A DNA stretch of 64,000 nt from Monocercomonoides exilis PA203 (Eukaryota > Protista > Preaxostyla). Within the stretch, counting starts at the first letter, position 1, and the number at the start of each line of letters is the position of its first letter. Below are positions 12,901-26,640 of this stretch, in pieces. The position numbers and the translations under genes were made by a program. The stretch covers positions 502,113-566,112 of the forward strand of contig LSRY02000055.1 of assembly GCA_001643675.2 (NCBI GenBank), written 5' to 3'. The notes below the pieces were generated by a model that was given only the letters and a program-made list of their open reading frames with translations, was not told where the DNA came from and did not search any database.

Positions 12901-15622
12901 TTGCCTTCCCCACATGTGCAGCAGCCGGAAATGTGTCCAGAAACACATTCAGTGGGAATTTCTTCATATCTTCATCACTCCGATCGAATCCCTCCAGCTC
13001 GTCGAATGCCGATGTGTTTCGCGGAACATTAAACTTTGAAGAGGAGATGCCCCATTTCACACAATTGCTCCCATTCACAAACAGAAATTTCCCCCCCAAT
13101 GTTGCTGTACAACCTGAAAAGTCAACAGCCATCATCGAGATATCGAAGGCAGAACTTTCCCCGATATTTTCCAGATACAGCATCATCCCTCCTCCATATT
13201 TGTTACACTTGCATCTGTTCAATTTTGTTTCCTCGTTTGCCGCGGCTGTTGAACTCCCCACCCGCAACTTGCTTGAAGATGATTCCAACTCGACCTTGAT
13301 CCCACCACCACTTCCAGTCTTGCACTCGCAATCTTCGATTGTCACATTCTTGACCACAAACGTTTCTCCTGCCTTCACACTCTTTGCCACAACCACCCCA
13401 TCTCCTTCAGTCAACTTCACATTCGTCACCTTCACATTCGCCAGCACGCTGTCTCCTGATGCTGTGGCTGTCAGATACAGTGCAGATGACGATAATGACG
13501 ACAATGAAGAAGAAGAAGAAGAAGGAGAAGATGGATTCGGCTCAGAGAACAATGGTTTTGAGACATTCAAATTTATGATCTCCACATCAACCATCGACAG
13601 CTGTGACAGCGGCACCACAAACACTGACGACGACATCACATAGTTTCCTGAAGAAACACTCGTGGTGATCACAACATCCTCCAATGAGAGTGACCCACCC
13701 CCATCAGACACCACAACCACATTCGGCGAAGAAGGATTTATATTTGAGTTGCAATCAACTTTCATGTGCAATAAACCAAGGTTTCCTGTCGAAACACTGA
13801 ACAACGTTCCTACTGCTGATGATGATGAAAGGGCTCCTATTTCGATCGAACTCTTATCTTTGCCTTTCCCAATGACTGAAATCTTCTTTGTTCCAATCTC
13901 AATTGTTGTTGTCTCACTTTTGTGATTCCCTTCCATCAGTGTTATTGTCAAGCTAATCTGTATTTCGCACATCTCAAGCGCCTTCTTCACTGTCAGACAA
14001 GGATTTGATTCATTTGACCCGCACAGTTCATACAAGTCATTTCCATTCACCGAAACATAAATCGTCTTATCCTTCAACCATTCCTTCTTTTCTGTGTGCT
14101 GAAATGTCCAAGCATTTGCATTCGAGTAGTTGTATGCATAACACACTCTTTGATCATTCGCGTTTGTTGTATAACATTCATAGAACGGATTGTCTGAAGT
14201 CGAAATGGCATTGTAATAATCAAAATACATCACATCATGCCCATATGGATTGGAGGTTGTTCTGCATTTGCATTCATGGAAGAACAAAAAATAACAATAA
14301 AATTTATCATTTGGCGCTGTTGCTCGATTTGGATACAATTCCAACCCTCCACCATATCCATTTGCTGTACATGAAATAAATTGAATGCTCCTCATTTTGA
14401 ACTGACTTGGAACAGTCACACAACGCATGCCTCCACCTCCATTGCTTGTCAATGAGCATGAGGTGAAACTGCAGTCAAACACACACGCACTCTCCCCTCC
14501 TCCATTTTCTGAACCAATGCAATCAGCTCCTGAAACCTGAAAACTTTCGAGAAGAAGTCCTCCTCCTAAGCCACTAGCTTTGCAATTCTGGAATTTACAT
14601 CCGCTGATCCGAGCACATGTTGAAACAGAGCTGACGTACATTCCTCCTCCATATTGATTTTGTGCTGTACACTCATTGAACACATCGTTTTCGATATGAA
14701 CAGACTTTATTGTATTGCACATAATTCCACCTCCGCGACTGAATGCAAAACAGTTATTAAACAGACAATTCGAAACAGAGAGCTCTCCAGAATTGAGATT
14801 ATACATGAAAATAGCCCCTCCACTTGATATTCCATCAGTATACGAGTCGCTTTCTCCTGTTGTTTTCGATCCACTCCATTCACACCAAATAAATGAGTTT
14901 GCTCCATTGGTTGTTGTATTCTGTCTTCCTGGAGTTAACTTTCTGACTGATGTTCCTTCACATACAACATTCTTTGTCCGGCAACATCCGATGAATGAAG
15001 TGTTTGAAACAGATAAGGAAGCCAAGGGGTTGTTGAGTGAGGGAACAATCCCTCCATCATATGCGTCGCAAACTGATGAAAAGGAGCAACTATTCATCAA
15101 ACAAGTGGTTTGGGTTAACATTGTGGTTGAAGGTGAACATGCCTCATTTGCTGTTGAGATGTTGAAAAATGTCAGATGGGAGAGGGATACAAGGGGTATT
15201 GAAGGGGATGAGAGGAACGGGGCTGATGAGACACAAAAAGAAGAGAAGTGTGATTCACTCACTGAAATACTCCCTTCAATGCCTTCTCCATATCCATCTC
15301 CTTCTCTTCCTCTTCCTCTTCCTCTTCCTCCTTCTCCTTCACCTGCTTTTTCTTCACCTCCACCCTTCTCCCCTCCATATCCCTTCCCTCCAAACAGCCT
15401 TCCCGAGTATATCTCTCCCCCACTTCTCCACCCCTTCAATGTGATGTTCCTCAACACCCCAATGCTCCTGCTCAGATCAAATGCCCCTGCACCATCATCC
15501 TTCCCCATCCCCATAACACATCCTCTCACCACAACCACACTCCCTTTCCTTCCACACACAACATTTCTGCGCTCGTCCTTTATCAGCAATATCCTATTCA
15601 TTGTAATTGATGAATTTTGCAT
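6913..15622 (-). CDS. Giant single-pass receptor-like protein (~2,900 aa): Cys/Gly-rich beta-helix-like ectodomain, TM helix, kinase C-lobe-like tail; one frameshift near 12012
   Basis: Overlapping ORFs 11930-15622 and 6913-12051 share recurring motifs (C..GGG(M/L), CG....PC.(S/T)(I/V), G.D.F). Removing one A from AACAAAAGCA gives N-K-A-K-Y-G-K-D-V-F-V. TM WSLFAFIGCIAALLIFVGLFVVVVVLL then RRK. Tail has RWKAPE, VFTLGLILHEMTTGEEP and RPTL. Confidence 0.85.
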
Positions 15623-15734
15623 GTGTATGCATCCTCTAATATAACTTTTGCAATTTTTATATTTATAATCTTTTGAAAAAATAAATGATCAAAAATTGAA
15701 ATAACTGTCATCTATCAATCAATATAGGAGCATA

Positions 15735-15802
15735 CTTCGATATTCTGCACTTAGCATACAGGCATATATCAATACGCTAAAATAACAAACAGTTGATGAC
15801 AT
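15735..15802 (-). CDS. Possible signal-peptide first exon of the receptor-like gene
   Basis: ATG at 15802 reads MSSTVCYFSVLIYACMLSAEYR, followed by a GTATG donor-like site. The acceptor is not resolved. Confidence 0.3.
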
Positions 15803-16104
15803 GTTTAAAAAGATATTAACCTTTTTCCGATTATTATATTATTGAAATTAATGATGGGTATATATTTTTTTATTGTTTGTATATTTTTAATATTAATAAT
15901 ATATATATAATTATTAGTTTATAGATAAAATTTTATTTTATATATCTATAATAGAACTACTAAATTTCGCAAGGAAAAGAATAATTTAAAATAATTTCAA
16001 GATAGCATGATTTAAAATGCGAACATTTTTAAACTCCTAACATTTTTTGTTTGCGTTTTTTTTAATCAAAACGAAAAATAAAAATGTTTGATGATCCAGC
16101 TTTG

Positions 16105-16357
16105 AATATATGTCAAAATTTTTTTGAAAAGTTCCTTTTGTATAATTTTCAAATACAGAAAAATTTTCATATTTCAATCAATTTTCTGTTCCTTCTCACG
16201 AAACTTTTCTTGAATGAAAATAATAACATTGTGAAGATTTTCTTTTCATGACAGCGAAATTTGGTGAGTGGGAATAGATATTTGATAGAAAAAGAAATTT
16301 CAATTTTATTTGAAAATTAAACAAAAGGAACTTTTCAAAAAAATTTTGACATATATT
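16105..16357. mobile_element. MITE-like element with 37-bp perfect inverted repeats
   Basis: AATATATGTCAAAATTTTTTTGAAAAGTTCCTTTTGT at 16105-16141 is the reverse complement of 16321-16357. Confidence 0.7.
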
Positions 16358-16435
16358 TAATAATCATGAAAATATTTTTCATATCAATATTTGTGTTTGA
16401 TGAATATCTTGTGAATTTTTAATCTATATTTGATT

Positions 16436-18160
16436 ATTTGTTTCGTCCCATTTGGACTAAGTTTCTGTCTTTGTACTTTTTTAACTAGAAGGTTATAAAG
16501 CAAATAAAACAAAGTTTAATAGATGCGAATATTATTTGCTTTTAACTATTTTTTCGATTGTTTTTCACATTTTATTGTTTTTATCAAAAAATTCGAAAAA
16601 TGGAAATTTCTTTGTAATAAAATGTTTTTTTTGATTTTCAAATTATGCTTATGAAAAGTTAACAACTCACATAAAGTGTTCAATTTGTTTAAAATATTGA
16701 GAAATGTTGTTATTGAAATTGCATTAATCAATTTTTGATTATTTCATTTTTGCTCATTTAATTTTTGATTCTAATAAGTATGATAAACAAGTTAAATTTG
16801 CGATATGGGACAAAATATTTGACTTCAGGCATTTTCATTAAAAAATTATGCATTTTCGATGAACTTTTTGTGATCTTTGAATTTGAAAAAAAAAGTTTAT
16901 TTTTTGAAATACCTGTGACATCACAAAACAATTTGTGATCACATCAATGACGTTTGTTTGCAGTTATGAAAATCAAATTTATTTTGAAATCTAGTTAAGT
17001 TTAAAAATGTTATAAGTTAAACAATTTTTCCATGCTTTGTGTATAAAAAGCTTGAAAGTCCGTATTTTCCCCCATATGTTTTTATCTAATTACACCAAAA
17101 ATTATTCGAAATCGAAAAAGTTTATTTCAAAATCTTAAATGTTTAATTCAACATCGAAAATTCTTTATCATCTTAAAATTCGAAAAAATTAATAAAATTC
17201 ATACTAATGTCAGTTTCTTTTCTTTCAGTGAATAATCTGAGGAATTTGTCAACTTCAATTAGAAATAAATATTTTAGATGTGTTTGTGGGATTTGATTTT
17301 GTTCAATAAAGTGAATATAAAAAAATTGAATATTTTTTAATTCTTCACATGTACTCAGAATATAATAAGCAATTTTTGCAAAAAATAAAAGTGATACGAT
17401 AGTTCAAGATCTTGTTTTGTGCACAAAAATTCAAAAAATCATTTCATTTACCGAAAACAAAATGTTTTGTATTTCATTTATTGCATTGGAAACTGATAAA
17501 ATATTTCATTTTCAATATTCAAAATGAGAAAAGAATCGATTGATATCAGTCTATATCGTAGAAAACAGTAGCAAAAAACGAAAGAAAAACATTTCTATAA
17601 ATAAACATTTGTTGCTATTAACATTTGTTTCAATAAAATATCCTTGGTTTTGACTTGAATTGAAATTCTGAACTAATTAATTTCATTTTCGATTTTGAAA
17701 TAAACATTTTCGATGTTGAATTAAACATTTTAGATTTTGAAATAAACTTTTTCGATTTCGAATAATTTTTGGTGTAATTAGATAAAAACATATCGCAAAT
17801 TTAACTTGTTTATCATACTTATTAGAATCAAAAATTAAATGAGCAAAAATGAAATAATCAAAAATTGATTAATGCAATTTCAATAACAACATTTCTCAAT
17901 ATTTTAAACAAATTGAACACTTTATGTGAGTTGTTAACTTTTCATAAGCATAATTTGAAAATCAAAAAAAACATTTTATTACAAAGAAATTTCCATTTTT
18001 CGAATTTTTTGATAAAAACAATAAAATGTGAAAAACAATCGAAAAAATAGTTAAAAGCAAATAATATTCGCATCTATTAAACTTTGTTTTATTTGCTTTA
18101 TAACCTTCTAGTTAAAAAAGTACAAAGACAGAAACTTAGTCCAAATGGGACGAAACAAAT
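16436..18160. mobile_element. Foldback-type element with ~455-bp nearly identical inverted arms
   Basis: Left arm (16436-16806 plus 17078-17161) is the reverse complement of 17706-18160. This explains the identical 61-aa ORFs at 16546-16731(-) and 17865-18050(+). Confidence 0.9.
16807..17073. mobile_element. 267-bp MITE nested in the left arm; GGG...CCC termini, ATAT target duplication
   Basis: Imperfect TIRs GGGACAAAATATTTGACTTCAGGC / GCTTGAAAGTCCGTATTTTCCCCC, flanked by ATAT on both sides. The right arm has the empty site with a single ATAT (aaacATATcgc, ~17790). Confidence 0.85.
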
Positions 18161-18867
18161 GTGTATTTCTTTTTGAAAATTCACCACAGATCAATAATCC
18201 AACAAATGGACTTTATTTATTGAACATTTTGTTTCCTTAATAATGGAGAAAAAATCGAATTTTCACTATTTGGTTTGCTTATTCATTACAAACCTCTTCA
18301 CAAAATATATATATATATATATGGCACAATCTTTTTGAAAAGTCGGAAAACTTTAATTTGTCACCCTTAAAAGATCAAAAAATAAAATATTTTCAATTCT
18401 ATTGTTTTAATCAAAATCCATTATTGTATTAAAACAATTGTTCATTTTAGTGATGTTTTGGATTTTTTTGTGAAAGTTATGTTTTTCATGTTTTATTTTT
18501 ATTATTTATTTTCGATCAATCAAAAATATTCTGTAAGTTATTGCAACTAAAGAAAGGCACAATTTTGTAGAAATGACGGAGAATTCAGAATAATAATTGA
18601 TTTCTTTAAAGAAAAACACGCAAAATTTGTTGAAATTCTCTTTTTTCAAAACAAAATAAGGAGTTTGAATATGTGATGAATTTTGATAAGATCACAAATC
18701 AATAGTCAAAAATTTGAAAATGAAGGTGTAAATTTTTTCAGTTTGTTTTGAAATTTTCATTTTAGGCTTTTTTTGTAATCAGACGTACACATATAATCTT
18801 TATTTTGAAAAAAATTGTTGAAGTTTTGAATTTGAATTACAGAACGAACAACGAAAGAAGTTGAAGA

Positions 18868-21800
18868 ATGAAAATTTTGGAAACACTCTCACGGAAGTTT
18901 CTTACGATCAAATGTTCGCGCCAATAGCAGAAAATGCCTCTCCAAAATGATTTTTCATCTATATTATCAGATTCACTGTCTCCTGAAACTTCTTAAATAA
19001 ATGACAATGCATTTCATCCATCTTCAGCAACCACAGCTTCTTTTTTTCCTTCTTTAAGAAATTCGCCTGATTCGCGTACACGCTTATCAAATTACAACCT
19101 GTTGCTAATGAAGGCCAAAACGATGAGAAATATGGATGAAATGGTTTGCAGACTCCAACGCTCTCGCGCTTCCAGATTCATGAACATAAAACATCAAATA
19201 ACAACCAACTTCTTCACAAATCTCTTTATAACCATAGTTATGGAATCAGTCTTTCCCTCTTTTTCTTCACACTATTGAATGCCGTTTCATTGCTCCGTGT
19301 ATGCTGAATACAATTGAGACAGAAGTTGTCTACAATGATTATTACATCATTCAAACAGCAAGCAGCCAACGAGTGAAGAGGAAGAGGAAGAGGAGTCCAA
19401 AAAGGAAGGATAGAACGAAGAAGAGTTAACAGAAGAAGGAGAAATCAAATTGTTGTGCTCAGAAAGGATATTATTATACAACGTATGATCGATCGAATCA
19501 CAGACCAGTGAAAGAGGAATTTGTGATGCTGTAGAAGAAGAGGAAGAAGAAGAATAAAAAGAAGAAGAAGGAGAAAAAGAAAGAAGCAGTTGATGTGGTT
19601 TGGGGCTGCTCATTGGCAGTGCAGCAAAAGAGAAGGAAGGCATCAGCTGCTGAAGTCTGAAAGAAGAGCCTGTGGAATAGGCAGAGGAAGATACAGATAT
19701 TACCACACGGGCTGAACTGAAATAAACTTCTTCCTTCTCCGCTATTGTAGCTCGTCGTGGTAAATTTTTCAGTCATTTTCGCCTTCGAAGGATGTTAAAT
19801 TTCTCCAAAGCACAGTTTGCTTTAAATGCTTTATTAACATTTGCGGGTCGCATATAAATTTCAGCACATTGAGCACCGTCCCTTATTTCTCGATAATTAC
19901 GATGAAGAAGCGCATAACAATGATCTTCGAAAAGTCCGCAGATAAATGTGCAAAGATAAGAAACTCATGCAAAATAAAGCAGTAGTCTGGCAGCACTTTG
20001 TGATACTCCCCGTTCATCGGTTGCGTGATGATATGCCACCTCCTCAGCACACACCTCAGCACACACCTCAGCACCGCTGGTTCACTCAGAAGAAACGCCA
20101 TAACACGTATTATCCGTATCAACTGGAAAAGAGTGGAAGTCGACTCCACAGAAATCAGGAAGATGATCAACAGGCCCTGTGCAGTGTCGCTCATTCCAGA
20201 AGCAATCACTGCCAATCTCTGCTTTGTCAGGTAGCTTTCGAACATGTCGTTCCCACAGCTCATCTGCAGAGCAGAAGAGGAGGAAATAACACTGTTGTTT
20301 TTGTTGCTATTCCCACTTCCATTGCCGCTGCGTGGTGGATAATTAATGTGCAGTTTGTGGTTCACTTCATCTCTGGTTTTTCAAATGTTAGGCTGCTTGC
20401 ATTTTTTCTTCGAAGGTTTGCTCTTTTTTCTCTGTTGTCTTTTCAATTTGCACTTCTTTTCCCCTTTCTTTTGACTACTCCATCTTCAACATAAAAATCA
20501 CTCTGCTCTGAACTTCCGCTTCTTCTACCACGTTAACAAGAAGAACCAAAAACAGAAGCAGAAGAAGGTGATGCTGTTGCATTTGCACTTCCACAAGCCC
20601 CAGAAAACGACTAGATCCTCCACAGTGTGCAGAACGACTTTTGCGGAGCACATTTGAATGATCGCACATGATGATAAAACTCGCTGCACAAGTGATACAG
20701 CTTCAGCATAGCACGGACACCTGCTTCGCCATGCAGCGAAACGCCTCCAAAGGAAGAGGTGAGGCTGATACAGCCAAGCAGCCAAAACACAGTCGATCTC
20801 TGCAGCTCAAACTGTGCAAAGGGGGAAAAAACTGCTGGAACGTCAGCCATATTGCACTCGCCATATTCAAAAGGAGTGTTATTGCGAAGGAGAGCTGGCT
20901 GCGCGAGGCATCGAAGTAACGATATTGGCTGTTTGTGCAATTATTGCTTCTGCTTTTGCTATTGTTGCTGTAACTGCTTCTGCATTTTCGGGATAGTGCT
21001 GACTGTTTGGCTTAAGAAGAGCGAAGGGGTTGAAAAAGGAGCATTCAGGAGCAAAAACAAGTCAGAGTCCATAAGTTGGATCTGCAGGTTATGAAATTGT
21101 GCTTGTTGACGGTGCAGCTGCTGCTGTTGTTGTTGAAACGGAACTTATTTTAATTGCATATGCAGAGCTTCATCTCTGTTCACGACAACTCTGCCAATGT
21201 TATCAGGAGCAGAAGCCGGTTGAAGATGGTCTGCTTGAGCAGTCGCATTGATTAGAGTTTCACGTGCACGTTGAACTCCATTTGCTGATCTTCGAAGACG
21301 TTGTAGCGGATATGAGGGCGCTGCTTGAAGAATGACGAGGCAGAAGAGGGGAGAGGGTTCATGGTAAGATGATGAAGAGGAACAAGAAGAGGAAGAGGAG
21401 GAGGAGGAGGAAGAAGAAGAGGAAGAAGAGGAAGAAGAGGAAGAAGAGGAAGAAGAGGAAGAAGAGGAAGAAGAGGAAGAAGAGGAAGAAAAAATGGTGA
21501 AGATGCAGGAAGATGCATTTTAAGAAATTGAAGATGGAAAAGAGAAGTTAAAAGAAAGAGAGATTAAAGCAGGAGAACGAGACGGAAATGGATATTTCAT
21601 CGGATGACTACTTCCTTCTTTGACATAAATTGCATTTATGAGCCTTTCATTCAAATGCAATCACAACCTCTTTCTCTTCAACATGATTTAACTTTCTTAT
21701 CAACTTATTCGTTTGCCTCATCGTCTTCAGCTTTTTCTCGTACTGTTGTTGCATTGCCTCCATTTTCTTCTTCCTTCTCTTCTTCCTCTTCTTCTGCTCC

Positions 21801-23030
21801 TCATTCTCTCTTCCCTGTCATCTCTTCCCTCTCTTCTTCTTCTTCCTCTTCTTCGCTCAATTCCTTCTCCAACCTCACCATCTCCCCTTTCCTCTCCATC
21901 TCTGATGCCTCTTCTCTCCCTTCCTCCTCTCTCACCCATGCCTCCTTCACTTCTCCTTCCTCTTCCTCTTCCTCTTCTTTCTCCTTCCTCTTCCTCTTCC
22001 TCTTCTTTCTCCTTCCCCCTCCCCTTCACCGAGACCACCGATCGTCTTCATCTGCTCAATGAGGGTGTTTGTTTCGTTATTGTCGCAGTTCGGTCTCGGA
22101 TCCACTCGAATGCCATTCAACATGGAGCTTCTCTCTCTCATCATCAGCGGCTTTTCTCACCCACATTTGGAGGTTAAAGAGAATGGAAAAGCAGAAGGGG
22201 AGAGAGAAAGAGAAAGAGAAGGAGAAGGAGAGGGAGAGGGAGAAGAGGAAGTGTTGAAGGAAGAAGAGTTTAAAGAGGAAGTCGAAGAAAGCAATGAACG
22301 AACAGTTGCTTATTGGGACTTTCTCATACACCTCCACTAATTCTGCGTGGTGGACTCATCAAGATACAAGACACACGTCGTCATCCACCAGAAACCTCTT
22401 CCATGCAACTCGGATCACTCTTGTCACTCGCATCTCTTGCATCATTCGTTCCACAGCTCGCAAGGTGGCAATCGCACATCCTTAAAAACCGAGCAAAAAG
22501 TTGACAAGCCGCTGGATGATCCACTGGAAGATCCCCCTAAGCGTCCTCTTTTTCTTATGAACTTGTCTGGAGAAAACTAATTTTAGGCAAAGTCAAAGAA
22601 AGATCAGGCGCTTGTTGTTTCTCCGACACTTGTTCCTTTTTGTGTGCAACCAGAGACGATAACGCAATGTGTGTTACAGGTTATGTGAGCGCTCACGTTC
22701 TGTAACAAAAGAGCCTAGCCGCTTGAGCTTCTCCTCTTTGACGAGGCAGAGGAGGTATAGATGCAGCTTTAGAAGAAGCAGAGCACAAATATTTGCTGCC
22801 AGAGAAGGATGAAGAAACATTCATGATGTTCAGGCAAGCGAATCGCTGGGTAGCTCAGAGTTGGAGAGGACTATGAACTTCTTGCAGAATCTACGGAAGA
22901 CAAGTCATCGGAATTCAACAGCTCCGTAATTTTCAATACGCAGCTTCCAATGAACTTCTTCTTTTTCTCGATGCAGAAGCATGAACAGCGCCTACCAATG
23001 ACAACAAATAATCCTCCTTGAATTCGATAA
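18868..23030 (+). pseudogene. Large degenerate Ser/Glu-rich gene of unknown function
   Basis: GC-richer coding-like stretch broken into many short ORFs by stops and frameshifts; poly-Glu and poly-Ser tracts. Confidence 0.45.
21400..21490. repeat. (GAAGAAGAG)n microsatellite
   Basis: Visible 9-bp tandem repeat. Confidence 0.85.
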
Positions 23031-24329
23031 ATCATCTATTGCATTGAATTGTTGATGCAAAAGAAAAATAATAGTAATTATTTCATTGGTATTTTTTATT
23101 TCGAGGAACTGTTTTTTCCAAAATAATCAACAAAAAGAAATGCAACAAACATCGTTATTTATTTATCAAAAGTCTTTCCCATTAAAGAAACACAAAATAT
23201 TGTGATACATGACATTTATTTCATGTAACACGTTTTGAATCATTTTCTTGCAACAAAATTATTTGCGTGTTTAATAAAACAACACAATTCAAAATATAAA
23301 AAGAATGTATATAAGAAAAATAAATAAAAAGCTTGATTATGCTTTTGATAGATGAAAGAAGGAAAAATTAAAAAAACCTCTTTTCAGATTAATAATTAAA
23401 AATTCTATTCTGGTTTATTCAAAAAAAAAAATTAAAATGCAAGAATAATGTTATTTTCTAAGTTTGTGCTTTATAAAAACATTAATGTAATTTGACATAT
23501 TATTTGTTATTTGATGGAAAATAATTGCCAGATGATCTCTGATTTTTCAAAAAGATTTTTTAACCAGTAAATTTTATTCTTCATTCATGATGCCCATCTT
23601 GAGAATCATTCTTCCACATGGTTTGCTTTTGTAATTATGACAATTCTGAAAAAAAACTTTCAAAAGTATTGTTATTTATCCAAGATCAATAGATATTTAT
23701 TTCTGTAGGGTCTGTGTGAAGGTGAATAAGCTCTGTGATTTTTAAATTATGAAGAATTTAGATAAGGGTTTAATTATCTTTTGGCGTTATATATAAATAA
23801 TCTTGTTTCAATTTATTTTTCACATATAAAGCAAAATGCATAACTGAGTGAAGAGTGCTTCAAATATTTCAAGTCATTCACTCTGATTGCAAATGAAATG
23901 CTCTGATTAACTTGGTTTGTAATTACTGATACGTTCATCGATTTTATCCTTTTGGATTTAATTATTGTATGTTCTTTTGGATAAGTGTTTAAATTGTTAG
24001 TTATAAAATACATCTGATGAAATAAGTTGTGGAGAAAAGAAAACCAATGTGGAGAATTTCGAAGTGCTGGATAACGCCTATAAATAAGCTCCTAAAATGT
24101 TTTTGAGATTTCATTCACAAATCAATTCACTACTTTAGTAATTGAAGTTATTATCTTATGATAAAAATAAAAAAGGTTTTCATTTCCTTTTCGTTTGTCT
24201 TTTCGTTTCACTCCTTCGTCCCTCTTCTCTTGCTCTTTCACAGAGATTTCAGATTTTCAAAAAAAAAAAGAAATGCAAATCGAAGTATTTTCGTTTTCAT
24301 CGCTTTCCAAAAACGTCTGAGAAGCCACA

Positions 24330-25680
24330 AACAGGCTTCACTGTCGGTCGCGATGGTGTATGTGGAGCATCTTCTACAGAGCAGTCGAGGATGAAATCAA
24401 ACAGAGTTGATGTGTTTTATACAACAACTGGCTGACTTTTTGATCTGATTGAAGAAATGAGAATCTCTCTTTGGAACTGCGCATGTGATTCATGGAAAAA
24501 TTCAAGAGACATTTTTGCAGGAGAAGAAAGAAACGGTAAAGGTAAAAAAGGAGAAGTAGCTGAACTTGGAGTTTTTTGATATCAACGAAATTGATCGATT
24601 GCTGGACTTTTGGCTCATATCAGATTTGGAGAAGAAAATTAGAAAAGCACATTGGTTCCGCAGAAAGCTGAATGTATCGACAAAATGAAAAAGAAGTTGG
24701 AAGCGAAGACTATATTGCAATTATAGGAGATCCCATCCAATGCAAAGCGCACATTTTCCTTCTAGCTTTCCATCACGACTTCTTATAACCTTCAGTAATC
24801 TTTTTCATTTTCAAATTCACAAGCCCCAACTACCACATTTTTTTTCATCTCCGCGCACGTATTTTTTCTCACAGATCCTTTTGTTCTCGTCCACATAGCC
24901 TCTGTGGATCAACACCCTGTGCAGGCACTTTTTGGTATCGAAGCCCAATTCAATGTGTGTTGATTTCGTTCGATCTCATGTATAATCCTCTCTATTATCT
25001 GTAAGCACAGTGCAACCAAGTGATTGAAAAAAAAGAATGAGAAATTGAAGAGATGGTTTGAAAACCTTTGAAGGAATCTAAAGATGGAGCATCATATTTT
25101 CTAACAAAAAGACCGAGGACAATAGCTTGCATATAAGCCGAGAAGAAGCCTTTTCGCTGTCACCCATTGCACAGTAATCTTAAACATGCACAGATGGAAC
25201 ATACGCTGCAGTTGTAAAGGATGAACAACATTGCTTTGCTGATTGCTACTGATGCGCAAGCTCGAAGAATTAATTATCCACATGAAGAACAGATTGTTGA
25301 GAAGCTTGCACCAACTGACACCGAGACAAACGCGCATCGTTCTGGAAGAACAAAGGAAAGTTCGAGAAGAAGAAAATTAGTTGTGTCGAATAATCATATG
25401 GATGAATTCCTTGCAAAGGTGGAATGACAGAGTACGATGAAGTTTAAACACATTTCTGCGCTGTTAGAGTGGAAAATGATAAGTGCAGCTGGAAGAAATT
25501 CAGCAGAGCAGATTGTGGCCGTTTCAGATTATCTAGTACCATTCTTCAAATATGTCGCAGAGTTGCTTGTGAATAACTTGGAGGAGGATGATCGAAGGTG
25601 GATATTATGAGAGAGGCAGCGAAGAGGAAAAGGAAATGAATAATTATTGAGGCTCTTAGAAAATGATGCTTTGGCAAATT
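24330..25680 (+). pseudogene. Degenerate coding-like region of unknown function
   Basis: Interrupted frames such as NNIALLIATDAQARRINYPHEEQIVEKL; multiple stops. Confidence 0.35.
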
Positions 25681-26097
25681 AATAAAATTAGAAATTTGGT
25701 ATTGAATATAATTTTGTATTTGTTGTTTTGTTTCATTGTGATTTATGTGAAAATTTGAAACATTTCATTTTGTTATTTGCATGTATAAAAGGAGCTAACT
25801 TTAAAAAAAATCAATGTGAATTTTATTCATTAATATTTGTATTCTCTCATAGCTACACAATAAAATTTGGTATTTGATACGGACAACAAAGAGAAACGAA
25901 GTGAAGTTCAACTCAAAAAACTTTAAAATTTTTCTTTTCTAATCTTTCTTTTTTTTGGAGCCCTTGGTTAAACAAAACAAACAACAAATTAAGCAACTTT
26001 TCAAAAATTAGAAGAAAACACTGAAAATGAATTGACAACAATAATATTTCTCAAGGAATATATATTATCAACATTTTATTCACTTTTAAGCCCTCTC

Positions 26098-26640
26098 TCA
26101 AAGTATCATCCCTGTTGAGAATGCGACTGACTCCTTGGTTGCTCCCATCTTCTTATTCATCAGCAGCTCGGGTGCCTTCCATCTCAGGCACTCTTTTTTG
26201 AAACTATCTTCATCCTCAAATGCTGATGAGGGAAGAGAGACGCCATCATCATTACTGGTTGAAGTCACAACAGTTGATGATGAGATGGAGGACGAATCTG
26301 AATCATCATCAGAAGAACAATCTGAGTGCATCGCAATGCAGATCACCATATGTTCTGAGAATAGCGCAATGTCTGGACTCAGATTGGCCAATGACTGAAG
26401 TGGGTTTTCCATCTCATCAAATGAATGAAGCGCAAGATTAGCCACCCAGAACAGGATCTGAGCAGCTGTTTGTTCTCTTTCTCTCAAACTGCACACTGTA
26501 TAATCCTTCATCTCATATCTTGCAATAAGTTTTTTAAGCTGTGTATCTATTTGGTCCAAAGATACAATCACCTGTTGTCAAATGCTTTCTGCATCTTTTC
26601 AAAAGCTAATGTTTCACACCAAAAGAATTTCTAATTCGTT
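26098..26640 (-). pseudogene. Isolated cytoplasmic kinase-like fragment of the receptor-like gene family
   Basis: CLRWKAPELLMNKKMGATKESVAFSTGMIL parallels MKRWKAPEL...KAVVFTLGLIL of the large gene, then stops prematurely. Confidence 0.7.

Noticed and set aside
6857-15644. Numerous plus-strand ORFs of 60-310 aa
   Set aside because: Antisense shadows of the large minus-strand gene.
16546-18050. Duplicated 61-aa ORF (MINAISITT...) as a gene pair
   Set aside because: TTG start, AT-rich non-coding composition, and identity explained by the inverted arms.
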